From Deltaproteobacteria bacterium (GTDB taxonomy: Bacteria > Desulfobacterota > Binatia > UTPRO1), in the NCBI GenBank assembly GCA_020852955.1, contig JADYZW010000022.1:10468-74467 (forward strand): DNA of 64,000 nt. The letters run 5' to 3'. A model generated the notes under the pieces. That model was not told the origin of the DNA. It ran no database searches and saw only the letters and a program-made list of their open reading frames with translations. Shown here one piece after another: positions 30,348 to 39,577 of this stretch (its first letter is position 1; each line of letters starts with the position of its first letter). A program made the translations under genes and the position numbers.

Positions 30348-31985
30348 ATGAGCCCACGGCGTGCCCTCGCGCCGCTCCTCGGGCTCGTCGCGCTCGCCGC
30401 GTGCCTCCGCGATCCGCCCCTCGCCTGGCCGCCGCGCGCCCCCGGGTCGCAACGCGGCGGCGTGCTGCGGCTCGCAGCGCCCGACGACGTTCCGACGCTC
30501 GATCCCGCGCTCGGCTACGATTCGCGCTCGTGGACGTACGAGCAGCACCTCTTCGAGACGCTCGTCACCTACGACGACCAGAGCCGTCTCGTCCCCGAGC
30601 TCGCCGAGGGTTGGAGCATCGCGGACGACGGCCGGACCTATCGCTTCCGCCTGCACGCCGGCGTGACGTTCTCCGACGGAACGCCGCTCACCGCCGCCGA
30701 CGCGGTCGGCAGCCTCGAGCGCGTCCTCGATCCCCGGACGCGCTCGCAGGGCGCCGAATACTACCGCGAGATCGTCGGCGCCGCCGACTATGTGGAGGGC
30801 AGGGCACCGCACGTCGCCGGCCTCACGGCCCCGGACGCGACGACGCTCGCGATCGTCCTGCGGGAACCGGATCCGCTCTTCCTCCACAAGATGGCGCTCC
30901 TGTTCGCCGCGGTCGTACCCGCGGAGTACGCGCGCCGCCTCGGCGACGACTTCACGGACCGTCCGATCGGCAGCGGGCCGTTCCTCTTGCGCGAGTGGCG
31001 GCGCGGCGAGCGCCTCGTACTCGCGCGCAACCCCCGCTACCGGCGCGCCGACCGTCCGTTCCTCGACGGCATCGTCGAGCAGTCCGGCGTCAACGGCGAG
31101 CTCGCCTGGCTGAAGTTCCTGAACGACGAGATCGACGTGTCCGGGATCCCGCCCGCGGACTTTCCCTCGGTCCGCCGGGCCACCGACGTCGAGCGCCCCG
31201 GGCGGCTCGTGAGCGGCCTCACCCTCGTCACGAACTATCTGGGCTTCAACTGCCGGATGCCTCCCTTCGAGGATCGCCGGGTACGCCAGGCCCTGAACTA
31301 CGCCGTCAACAAGGAGGGCCTCATCGCCCTCCTGAACGGCCGCGGGACCGTCGCGCAGGGCATCGTTCCGCCCGGCATGCCGGGATACGCGAGCGCCGCG
31401 ACCGGCTACCCGTACGATCGCGAACGCGCCCGTGCGCTGCTCCGGGAGGCCGGGCAGGGCGCGGGCTTCGCGACCGAGCTCTGGACGCAGAGCAGCGACC
31501 TCGATCTCAAGATGAGCCAGAAAGTCCAGCACGACCTCGCGGCCGTCGGCGTGACGATGGAGATCAGGCAGGTCGCCTGGAGCTCGTTCCTCGAAGCGAT
31601 CCGTCGGCCGAACACCGTGCCGCTCTTCGATCTCGCGTGGTCGGCCGATTTCCCCGATCCCAGCAACTTCCTCGACGTGCTCTTCCGGTCGAGCCGCGTC
31701 GATGCGAACAACCACACCTTCTACGCCAACCCGACGTTCGACGGGCTCCTGACGCGCGCCGAGCGGCTCCGCGATCCGGCGGCGCGCACGCTCGCCTATG
31801 CGGAGGCCGAGCGCCTTCTCGTCGACGATGCGCCCGTGATCTTCCTCTACCATCCGATCGCGTACGTGATGACGCAGCGCCGCGTGCACGGCTACGCGAT
31901 CCACCCGCTCCTGCCGTCGCGCTTCACCGACGTCTGGCTGGCGCCCGAGCCGACCGGAGCTCAGGGCACGAGCGCCGGCTCGTAG
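30348..31985 (+). CDS. ABC transporter substrate-binding protein, family 5 (peptide/nickel)
   Basis: 545 aa. Lipoprotein-type signal (LGLVALAAC). Family-5 SBP layout (LVTYDD...PELAEGW, GPF.L.EW). Confidence 0.88.
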   Translation: MSPRRALAPLLGLVALAACLRDPPLAWPPRAPGSQRGGVLRLAAPDDVPTLDPALGYDSRSWTYEQHLFETLVTYDDQSRLVPELAEGWSIADDGRTYRFRLHAGVTFSDGTPLTAADAVGSLERVLDPRTRSQGAEYYREIVGAADYVEGRAPHVAGLTAPDATTLAIVLREPDPLFLHKMALLFAAVVPAEYARRLGDDFTDRPIGSGPFLLREWRRGERLVLARNPRYRRADRPFLDGIVEQSGVNGELAWLKFLNDEIDVSGIPPADFPSVRRATDVERPGRLVSGLTLVTNYLGFNCRMPPFEDRRVRQALNYAVNKEGLIALLNGRGTVAQGIVPPGMPGYASAATGYPYDRERARALLREAGQGAGFATELWTQSSDLDLKMSQKVQHDLAAVGVTMEIRQVAWSSFLEAIRRPNTVPLFDLAWSADFPDPSNFLDVLFRSSRVDANNHTFYANPTFDGLLTRAERLRDPAARTLAYAEAERLLVDDAPVIFLYHPIAYVMTQRRVHGYAIHPLLPSRFTDVWLAPEPTGAQGTSAGS

Positions 31986-32713
31986 CGGCGCGCGCAGGGC
32001 GGCCCGTCCGCGAACCAATGCTCCCAGCGGCCGGCGTCGTCGAGCAGCAGCAGCGACGACGAGCGCGTGCCGAACGGACCCGCATGGACGCAGATCGCGC
32101 CGAGCGCGTCCGGAAGGCGCGGATCGAGCGCCAGCGCGTGGTCGGCCACGATCGCGTGCAGCGCGGTGCGCAAGGCCACGACGTCCCGCACCCGCACGAA
32201 GGCTTCGCCGGCGGCGGCGAAGCGAACGTGCGAGCGCGCGAGCTTCGGACAGGTCGGATCGTCGACGTCGAGGTTGCTCACGAGGTGCAGGCCTGGCGCG
32301 AGCCGCGTGACCCGCATGTCGTCGCCGTGGTTCTGCGCAACCCAGGCCTCCTCACGATCCGCGACCAGGAGGTTGAAGGCGTTGTACGCGTCGGCGCGAA
32401 GCGCCCCGATCACCGGGCGCGCCGCGCCGGCGGACCCCGCCGCCAACGCCGCGAGCGGCAGCTCGCCGCGCGAACGCCTGGTCGGGACCGGCCAGTCCCC
32501 GGTGCGGCGATTGAGGATTCCCGCCACGACGCCGTCGGCGGAGATGGCGAGCCACGTGCCACCGGCGCGGAGATCCCGCCCCCCCACCGCGCGCGGCGCG
32601 GTCGCGAGCAGCGCCGGCCCCGTCGCCTCGCGATCGAGGAACTCGTCGCGGTTGGCGGCGATCACGAGTGGAAAGCCCGGGAGCGATCGCACGTAGATCG
32701 CGAGCGTGCACAT
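31961..32713 (-). CDS. NRDE-family protein (TANGO2/DUF833-like)
   Basis: 250 aa from the inner ATG. Begins MCTLAIY and carries the AANRDEF motif. The 3' end overlaps the SBP gene by 25 nt. Confidence 0.8.
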   Translation of the reverse strand: MCTLAIYVRSLPGFPLVIAANRDEFLDREATGPALLATAPRAVGGRDLRAGGTWLAISADGVVAGILNRRTGDWPVPTRRSRGELPLAALAAGSAGAARPVIGALRADAYNAFNLLVADREEAWVAQNHGDDMRVTRLAPGLHLVSNLDVDDPTCPKLARSHVRFAAAGEAFVRVRDVVALRTALHAIVADHALALDPRLPDALGAICVHAGPFGTRSSSLLLLDDAGRWEHWFADGPPCARRYEPALVP

Positions 32714-32751
32714 GACGGGTCCGTATACACAATTGTCCGGGCAAAAACCCC

Positions 32752-33735
32752 ATGGTAGCGTTCGCATTCATGTTCGCTTCGATCGAGGACGTCATCGGGC
32801 GCTTCGCGGCGCAGCACTATATCTGCCATCGCACCATCGCGACCGTCGTCTACCTGGCGAGTCGCCTCCGGAAGCCGATCCTGGTGGAAGGCCCCGCCGG
32901 CGTCGGCAAGACCGAACTCGCCAAGGTGCTCGCAGGCGCTCTCGACCACGAGCTCATCCGCCTCCAGTGCTACGAAGGCCTCGACGAGTCGAAGGCGCTC
33001 TACGAGTGGGAATACGCGAAGCAGCTCCTCTACACCCAGATCCTGAAGGACAAGATCGGCGAGGTGATCGCAGGCGCGCCCGGCTTGAAGGAGGCGGTGG
33101 AGCGGGTCGCGCGCCAGGACGACGTCTTCTTCTCCGAGCGCTTCATCGTGCCGCGGCCGCTGCTGCGCGCCATTACCTCGCCGACCCCCGTCGTGCTGCT
33201 GATCGACGAGATCGACAAGGCCGACACCGAGTTCGAAGCCTTCCTCCTCGAGGTGCTCTCCGACTTCCAGGTGAGCGTGCCCGAGCTCGGCACGATCAAG
33301 GCGAAGCACGTGCCGCTGGTCGTCCTCACCAGCAACAACGCCCGCGAGATGTCCGACGCGCTCAAGCGCCGCTGCCTGCACCTCTACATCGACTTTCCCG
33401 ACAAGGAGCAGGAGCGCGCGATCATCCTCCTCAAAGTGCCGGGCGTCGCAGAGCGGCTCGCGCAGGAGGTCGTCGACGCGGTGCAAGCACTCCGCAAGCT
33501 CGACCTCAAGAAGACCCCGAGCATCAGCGAGACCCTCGACTGGACCCGCGCGCTCACGCTCCTCAACGTCGCCACGCTCGACGCGGCGCTGGTCGACGAC
33601 ACGCTCAGCACCCTCCTCAAGTACGAGGGCGACATCCGGAAAGCGCAGGCCGAGCTGAGGGAGCACGTCGCGAAAGCTCGCGCCAAGGCGTCGGCGGCGC
33701 CGGCCGTCGCGGCCGACAAGGACGTGCTCCACTAG
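32752..33735 (+). CDS. MoxR-family AAA+ ATPase (CoxD-like)
   Basis: 327 aa. Walker A GPAGVGKT, Walker B VLLIDEIDKAD, MoxR-like sensor regions. Confidence 0.88.
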   Translation: MVAFAFMFASIEDVIGRFAAQHYICHRTIATVVYLASRLRKPILVEGPAGVGKTELAKVLAGALDHELIRLQCYEGLDESKALYEWEYAKQLLYTQILKDKIGEVIAGAPGLKEAVERVARQDDVFFSERFIVPRPLLRAITSPTPVVLLIDEIDKADTEFEAFLLEVLSDFQVSVPELGTIKAKHVPLVVLTSNNAREMSDALKRRCLHLYIDFPDKEQERAIILLKVPGVAERLAQEVVDAVQALRKLDLKKTPSISETLDWTRALTLLNVATLDAALVDDTLSTLLKYEGDIRKAQAELREHVAKARAKASAAPAVAADKDVLH

Positions 33736-33757
33736 ACCGCGGGAGGGCAGGGCGCGC

Positions 33758-35167
33758 GTGGACGACACGATCATCGCCTTCGTCGCCCTGCTGCGCCGCA
33801 ACGGCGTCCGAGTCTCGTTCGCCGAGAGCATGGACACGTTCCGCGCGCTCGACCTGGTCGGCCTCGGGTCGCGGGCCGGCGTGAAGGACGTGCTGCGCGC
33901 GACGCTCGTGAAGCGGGCGGTCGACCACCCGACCTACGACCACCTCTTCGATCTCTACTTCTCCGGGGTCGGCGAGATCGTGAAGGACGCCGAATCGCGC
34001 GCGATGGAGGGGCTCGATCTCGATCCCGCCGAGTACCAGCGGCTCCTCGAGGACCTCGCGCGGTTCCTCGAGGCGCAGGGCATCGGGACGTCCGAGCTGA
34101 CGCGGGCGCTCCTCCGTCAGGATACCGCGCGCCTCGAGCGGCTGCTCCGCGAGGCGTCGCAGCGCGCCGGCGTCCAGCGCATCGAGCGCACCTTCCAGGA
34201 AGGGCAGTTCGCGCAGGGCCTGCAGCAGACCCTCGGCGTCGCCGAGGTCGCGCGCGAGCTCCAGGGGATCAGCGACGCGCTCGGCGCCGGGGATCCGGAT
34301 CCCCGGCGCCGGCAGATGGGTCGCCTCGTCGACCGCCGGCTCCAGGACCTCCAGGAGATGATCCGCCGGATGGTGCGGGGCGAGCTCGAGCAGCACGACG
34401 TTGGCCAGCGCGACGCCGCCCGTATGCAGCAACTCGCCGAGAAGAGCTTCTACTACCTCTCGGAGGACGAGATCCGCCGCATGAAGGACGCGGTGACCAA
34501 GCTCGCGCAGCGGCTCAAGAACGCGCTGGCCGTGAAGCGGCGCAGCGCCAGGAAGGGGGCGTTCGACGTCAAGGACACGCTCCGCAAGAACCTCCAGTAC
34601 GGCGGCGTACCCTTCAAGATCCGCTTCGATCGGCGCAAGCGCGTGAAGCCGCAAATCGTCGTGCTGTGCGACGTCTCCGACTCGGTCCGCAACGTCTCGC
34701 GCTTCATGCTGCAGTTCGTCTACTCGCTCCAGGACCTCTATGCGAAGGTGCGCTCGTTCGTCTTCGTGAGCGACGTCGGCGAGATCACGAAGCTCTTCGA
34801 GGAAAACGAGATCCACCAGGCGATCGACCAGGCGATCCGCGGCAACGTCATCAACGTGTACGCGCACTCGGACTTCGGGCGCGCCTTCCGCATGTTCCAC
34901 CGCGAGCATCTGGCGGCGATCACGCGCCACACCACGGTGATCGTCCTGGGCGACGCGCGCAACAACTACAACCTGCCGCACGAATGGGTCCTCAAGGAGA
35001 TCAAGCAGCGCGCGAAGCGCCTCATCTGGCTCAATCCCGAGAACCGCATGACGTGGGGATTCGGCGACAGCGAGATGGATCGGTACCAACCCTACTGCGA
35101 CGTCGTCGAGGAGTGCCGCAACTTGCGCCAGCTCTACCGCGTCGTGGACCGCATGGTGGTCGGATGA
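33758..35167 (+). CDS. VWA domain protein (CoxE-like)
   Basis: 469 aa, GTG start. C-terminal VWA domain with MIDAS-like VVLCDVSDS. Partner position directly after the MoxR ATPase gene. Confidence 0.85.
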   Translation: MDDTIIAFVALLRRNGVRVSFAESMDTFRALDLVGLGSRAGVKDVLRATLVKRAVDHPTYDHLFDLYFSGVGEIVKDAESRAMEGLDLDPAEYQRLLEDLARFLEAQGIGTSELTRALLRQDTARLERLLREASQRAGVQRIERTFQEGQFAQGLQQTLGVAEVARELQGISDALGAGDPDPRRRQMGRLVDRRLQDLQEMIRRMVRGELEQHDVGQRDAARMQQLAEKSFYYLSEDEIRRMKDAVTKLAQRLKNALAVKRRSARKGAFDVKDTLRKNLQYGGVPFKIRFDRRKRVKPQIVVLCDVSDSVRNVSRFMLQFVYSLQDLYAKVRSFVFVSDVGEITKLFEENEIHQAIDQAIRGNVINVYAHSDFGRAFRMFHREHLAAITRHTTVIVLGDARNNYNLPHEWVLKEIKQRAKRLIWLNPENRMTWGFGDSEMDRYQPYCDVVEECRNLRQLYRVVDRMVVG

Positions 35168-35249
35168 GCACTCGGCGCGCGCCCGCGAGCGCGTCCGGGG
35201 ATTGACGTTCCAGACCCCTTTTGGCAACAATGCCTCGTTCGAGCGAGGC

Positions 35250-35765
35250 ATGAGCCGCGATAACTTCATCCAGATGACGGTCGGCGGCCTCACGCTCGAT
35301 CCCGTCACCAAGACGCCCATCGTCATCCTCAAAGATCCCGACAACAAGCTGAACCTGCCCATTTGGATCGGCCTGCTCGAGGCCACCGCCATGGCCACGG
35401 AGCTCGAAGGCATCAAGATGGCGCGTCCGATGACCCACGATCTGCTGAAGCGGATCATCGGCGACCTCGACGCCACCGTCGAGCGCATCGAGGTCACCGA
35501 CCTCAAAGACAACACCTACTTCGCGTTGATCTACCTCCACATCGGCGACCGTGAGGTCACCATCGACTCGCGCCCGAGCGACGCCATCTCGCTCGCGCTG
35601 CGAACCAAGAGCCCGATCTGGGTCGCGAAGAAGGTGCTCGAGGCCTCCAGCGTCCTGCAGCAGATGGAGGAGGGGAAGGAACAGAACCTCTCCAACGTCT
35701 CGCGCGACAAATGGGCAGAGATCCTCGAGAAGATGGCCCCGGAAGACTTCAAGTACAAAATGTAG
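35250..35765 (+). CDS. bifunctional nuclease family protein (BFN/DUF151) with UVR-like tail
   Basis: 171 aa from the inner ATG. LPIWIGLLEATAMA...RPMTHDL and DSRPSDAISLALR blocks. Confidence 0.8.
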   Translation: MSRDNFIQMTVGGLTLDPVTKTPIVILKDPDNKLNLPIWIGLLEATAMATELEGIKMARPMTHDLLKRIIGDLDATVERIEVTDLKDNTYFALIYLHIGDREVTIDSRPSDAISLALRTKSPIWVAKKVLEASSVLQQMEEGKEQNLSNVSRDKWAEILEKMAPEDFKYKM

Positions 35766-35828
35766 TGACCGCGAGCGCACGGCGCGTCCGCCCGAGAGAC
35801 GCTCCGGCGCTTCGCCGATCGGAGACCC

Positions 35829-36554
35829 GTGGCGCGCACCGAACAACGACTCACCCGCAAGGATCTGCGTCAACCCGACGAGTTCCAGACGCTCAGCCGT
35901 CAGGCGCTCGAGTTCGTCGAGGCCAACCGCACGGCGGTCATGGCGGCGCTCGGCGCCCTCATCGTCCTGCTGCTCGCAATCGTCGCGTACCGCATGATCA
36001 GCCAGAGCCGTGATGCCAGCGCCTCGGCGGCCTACACCGAGGCCCGCGCGCTCCTGACCGACAAGAAGTACGGCGACGCCGCGGTCAAGTTCGAGGCCGT
36101 CGCGAGTCGCTACGGACGCTCGAGTTACGGCCAGCTCGCGATCCTCGAACGCGCCAACGCGCTCTTGCTCGCCGACCAGGCCGCCGACGCCGCCGCCGCG
36201 TACGAGAAGTTCCTCCGGAGCTCGCCGCCGACCGACTACCTCCGCCAGCTGGCGAACACGCGGCTCGGCTACGCCCATGAGAAGCTCGGAAAGCCGGCCG
36301 ACGCCGAGCGCGCATTCGCGACCGCGGCCTCCGAGCCCGGACCATTCGTGGCCGAGGCGCTCTTCGGCGCGGCCCGGAACGCCGAGGCCGCCGGCAACGG
36401 CGACAAGGCGAAGGATCTGTACACGCAGCTCCTCGAGAAGCACCCGACGTCCGAGTACCGCGACGTCGCGAGCGCGCACCTGATCGCGCTCGGCGGCGCC
36501 GTCCCGGCGCCGACGGCCGCTCCGGGCGGCGCGACCGTCGTCCGTACCGAGTAG
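35829..36554 (+). CDS. membrane-anchored TPR-like protein (YfgM-like)
   Basis: 241 aa, GTG start. Basic N-terminus, single TM helix (AVMAALGALIVLLLAIVAY), then TPR-like helical repeats. Confidence 0.65.
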   Translation: MARTEQRLTRKDLRQPDEFQTLSRQALEFVEANRTAVMAALGALIVLLLAIVAYRMISQSRDASASAAYTEARALLTDKKYGDAAVKFEAVASRYGRSSYGQLAILERANALLLADQAADAAAAYEKFLRSSPPTDYLRQLANTRLGYAHEKLGKPADAERAFATAASEPGPFVAEALFGAARNAEAAGNGDKAKDLYTQLLEKHPTSEYRDVASAHLIALGGAVPAPTAAPGGATVVRTE

Positions 36555-36815
36555 GCCTGACGCCCGCGCAGCCCGTTCCGGTGAGCTTCGGATTGGCGAG
36601 GCGCTCGGCGTCCCGCTGCTGTTGGGTGGCGATCCAGGCGAACGCGCCGTCGAGATGCTTGTGGTCGACGACGGTACCCGGGTCGAACGCGTCGTGGTCT
36701 CCGGCAAAGCGCCGGGCCGCCAGCACGGCCTTTTGTGTCCGATAAGCAGGATTATGTTGCCTCGGCGATCCGTGCCGCTGATCCCCCGGAGCCGCCGTCA
36801 GGGCCGCACGACCGC

Positions 36816-37337
36816 TCACGTCCCTGCGCTCCTCTCGTGATCGAGCAGCCATCGCTTGCGAGCGATCCCGCCGCCGTATCCGGTGAGCGTTCCGTCGGCG
36901 CCGATCACGCGATGGCACGGCACGACGATCGCGATCGGATTCGCGCCGTTGGCGACTCCTACGGCCCGGCTCGCCGACGGGGCTCCGATCGCCGCGGCGA
37001 GCTCGCCGTAGCTGCGAGTGCGCCCGGCCGGAATCTCCCGCAAGGCCTCCCAGACGCGTCGTTGGAAGCTCGTGCCGTTGGTTGCGACCCGCAGCCCCTC
37101 GATCGCGCCGAGATCCCCCGCGAAGAACGCGGCGAGCGGCTCGACGAGCCCCCACGGCGCGGTGGCCTCCGCGAGCGCCGTCTCCCCGTAGTGCCGCCCA
37201 AGCAAACGCTGGAGACGGGCCTCATGATCCTCGAAATCGAGCGCGCGCAAGACGTCGTCGTCGTCCCACACCAGGCTGAGGGCGCCGATCGGCGACGCGA
37301 GGCGCGCGCGTCGAAACGACGTCGACCGGCTGCTCAT
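36816..37337 (-). CDS. ogt: methylated-DNA-protein-cysteine methyltransferase
   Basis: 173 aa from the inner ATG. Active site IVVPCHRVIG. The ATG overlaps the stop of the ada-alkA gene (ATGA). Confidence 0.9.
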   Translation of the reverse strand: MSSRSTSFRRARLASPIGALSLVWDDDDVLRALDFEDHEARLQRLLGRHYGETALAEATAPWGLVEPLAAFFAGDLGAIEGLRVATNGTSFQRRVWEALREIPAGRTRSYGELAAAIGAPSASRAVGVANGANPIAIVVPCHRVIGADGTLTGYGGGIARKRWLLDHERSAGT

Positions 37338-38845
37338 GCGACGGCCTCCTCCGCTGTCACGGCCGGCCCCGCGGCGGGCGCCGACGTCCAGAGATGCTGC
37401 GCCGCGTAGGCGCGCCACGGTCGCCACGCCTCCGCGCGCGCCGCCAACGCCCGGGCGGTCGGACGCCGTTCAGCCGTCCCCACGGCGCGGAGCAACCCGA
37501 CGTCCGACGCCGGGAACGCGTCGGGCTCCCGCATGGCGCGCATCGCGACGTACTGCGCGGTCCAGTCTCCGACCCCGGGCAGCGCGCGCAAGCGCGCGAT
37601 CGCCGCGTCGAGATCCGGCGCCCGCTCGAAGAGCCGCGGATCGGCCGCGGCGGTGGCGGCCAGCCTGCCGAGCGCGGCGGCGCGCGCCCGCGGCATTCCG
37701 AGCGCCGCGAGGTCGGCGCGCGCGAGACGCTCCGCCGACGGGAACAGGCTCGTCAGACCGTCCGCCGTCCCGGCTACGACGTCCGGTAGCCGCGCGCCGT
37801 ACGCCGCCACCACCTTCCCCGCCAGGCGCCGCGCGCCCGACACCGTGATCTGCTGCCCGAGCGTGGCGCGGACGACGAGCTCGAAGGCGTCCCAGGCTCC
37901 CGGCACCCGGAGGCCGGGACGCGCGCGCACCAGCGGCGCGAGATCGGGATCGCGCGCGAGTTCGGCGTCGATCGCCGCGACGTCCGCGCCGACGTCGAAC
38001 ATGCGGCGGACGCGCGCAATGATCGCCGGCAGGACCCGGACGCTCGGAAAGCGCACGGTGACCGCCAGCGCATCGCGACCGGAGAGCGGCGCGACCTCGA
38101 CCGTGCCGCAGGCGCCATCGAGCGCGATCGTCCGCCGGTAGCGCCGCGGCTCGACCACCTCGACTCCCGCGATCGCTCGCGCCGCGAAGAAGGCGATCAT
38201 GGCCTCCCAATCGTAGGGTCCCGCGTATCCGATCTTGAGGGTGATCGGCGCGACCGGCTCGCGCACGGCGGCGCTTCCGGGTGCGAGCCGGCGGAGCGCC
38301 GAGGGCGAGGTCCCGTAGAGACCGCGGAACGTCGCGTTGAACCGCCGCACGCTGCCGAATCCCGCCGCCTCGGCGACCGCCGTCATGCTCATCCGCGTCT
38401 CGTGGATCAGCTGCTTGGCGAATAGGATCCGCCGCGTCTGTCCGACCACGATCGGCGAGGCGCCGAGATGGCGGGTGAAGAGCCGGCGCAGTTGCCGCGG
38501 GCCGATCCCGAGCCGGTCGGCGAGCCTTCCGACGTCGGCATCGTCACCGTCCAGCGCACCCTCGGCGATCAGTCCGAGCGCGCGCGCCACCGTGCTCGAG
38601 GTGCCGTGCCACGCCGCCAGGTCCGGCGAGCACTCGGGCCGGCAGCGCAGACACGGACGGAAACCCGCCGCCTGCGCCGCGGCGGCGCTCGGAAGGAAGT
38701 CGATGTTCTCGAGCTTCGGCGTCCGTGCCGGACAGATCGGCCGACAATAGATGCCGGTGGTGTGGACGGCGACGAAGATGCGGCCGTCGAAGCGCGTGTC
38801 GCGCGTCTGGAGCGCCCGATAGGCGGCGGCGCGATCGATCGACAT
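37334..38845 (-). CDS. Ada N-terminal Zn domain / AraC HTH / AlkA DNA-3-methyladenine glycosylase II fusion
   Basis: 503 aa from the inner ATG (MSIDRAAAY). Ada Cys4 cluster (YCRPICPAR...CLRCRP), an AraC-type HTH, and a HhH-GPD glycosylase C-terminal half. Confidence 0.88.
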   Translation of the reverse strand: MSIDRAAAYRALQTRDTRFDGRIFVAVHTTGIYCRPICPARTPKLENIDFLPSAAAAQAAGFRPCLRCRPECSPDLAAWHGTSSTVARALGLIAEGALDGDDADVGRLADRLGIGPRQLRRLFTRHLGASPIVVGQTRRILFAKQLIHETRMSMTAVAEAAGFGSVRRFNATFRGLYGTSPSALRRLAPGSAAVREPVAPITLKIGYAGPYDWEAMIAFFAARAIAGVEVVEPRRYRRTIALDGACGTVEVAPLSGRDALAVTVRFPSVRVLPAIIARVRRMFDVGADVAAIDAELARDPDLAPLVRARPGLRVPGAWDAFELVVRATLGQQITVSGARRLAGKVVAAYGARLPDVVAGTADGLTSLFPSAERLARADLAALGMPRARAAALGRLAATAAADPRLFERAPDLDAAIARLRALPGVGDWTAQYVAMRAMREPDAFPASDVGLLRAVGTAERRPTARALAARAEAWRPWRAYAAQHLWTSAPAAGPAVTAEEAVA

Positions 38846-38958
38846 GGGCGCAACTATGCCACTCGCGCGCGGCAAAGGTCTGGCCGTTTTCGGACCCGAA
38901 TGTCGCTCCGCGGCGGCGTGCCGCCGCCGGCCACCGCCGCCCCGACGCCGGCCGGCGC

Positions 38959-39567
38959 TCAGCGTGGCCGCCGCGGCGGCTCCGGCGACCCGTCGGGCGT
39001 ACGGAACTTCCGGGTCATGCGCTCGCGCAGTTGCTCGAGGGCGTCCCGCGCCGCATCGTCCTTCGGATTCGCGGCCGCAGCGCGCTCGTAGTACGCGAGC
39101 GCGCTCGGCTCGCGGCCTTCGTTCAGCGCGATCATCCCGAGGGCCTTCAGCGCCTCCCCGTCCTCCCGCAACACCTCGTTGGCACGCACGAAGAATCCGC
39201 TCGCGCCCGCGAAGTCGCCGCGCCGGTAGCACGCCCGTCCGAGCCCCTTCAATGCCGCACCGTTCAGTGGGAAGATCCTGAGCGCCTCCTCGAGTTGGCC
39301 GAGCGCCGCGCCCGGCCGCGCGCGGCCGGAGAGATCGCGAGCGAGGCGGACCAGGTTGTCGCTCTCGGCCTGGAAGTCGGGGAGCTCCACCCGCACGCGC
39401 AGCCGCTGCCCTTCGACGGCGGCGGCCTTCACCGTGACCTTCGGCCCGAGATACTCGCGGAGGCTGCGGCGCAACTCGCGCTCGTCCTCGGGATCCAGGA
39501 ACAGCCGACCGAGGCCGTCGTGCTTGTGGTCTTCGAGGTGAATCAGGAGGTCGAGCACCTTCTTCAT
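38959..39567 (-). CDS. TPR-repeat protein
   Basis: 202 aa. C-terminal TPR-like repeats (ALKGLGRACYRRGDFAGA..., ALAYYERAAAANPKD). Confidence 0.65.
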   Translation of the reverse strand: MKKVLDLLIHLEDHKHDGLGRLFLDPEDERELRRSLREYLGPKVTVKAAAVEGQRLRVRVELPDFQAESDNLVRLARDLSGRARPGAALGQLEEALRIFPLNGAALKGLGRACYRRGDFAGASGFFVRANEVLREDGEALKALGMIALNEGREPSALAYYERAAAANPKDDAARDALEQLRERMTRKFRTPDGSPEPPRRPR

Positions 39568-39577
39568 CGGCGACCCT

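Noticed and set aside
36555-36815. 261-bp gap with an antisense open stretch (...AVLAARRFAGDHDAFDPGTVVDHKHLDGAFAWIATQQ...) as a possible gene relic
   Set aside because: There is no start codon, no recognisable family, and it is part of a longer shadow ORF (36085..37155). There is not enough evidence to call a pseudogene.
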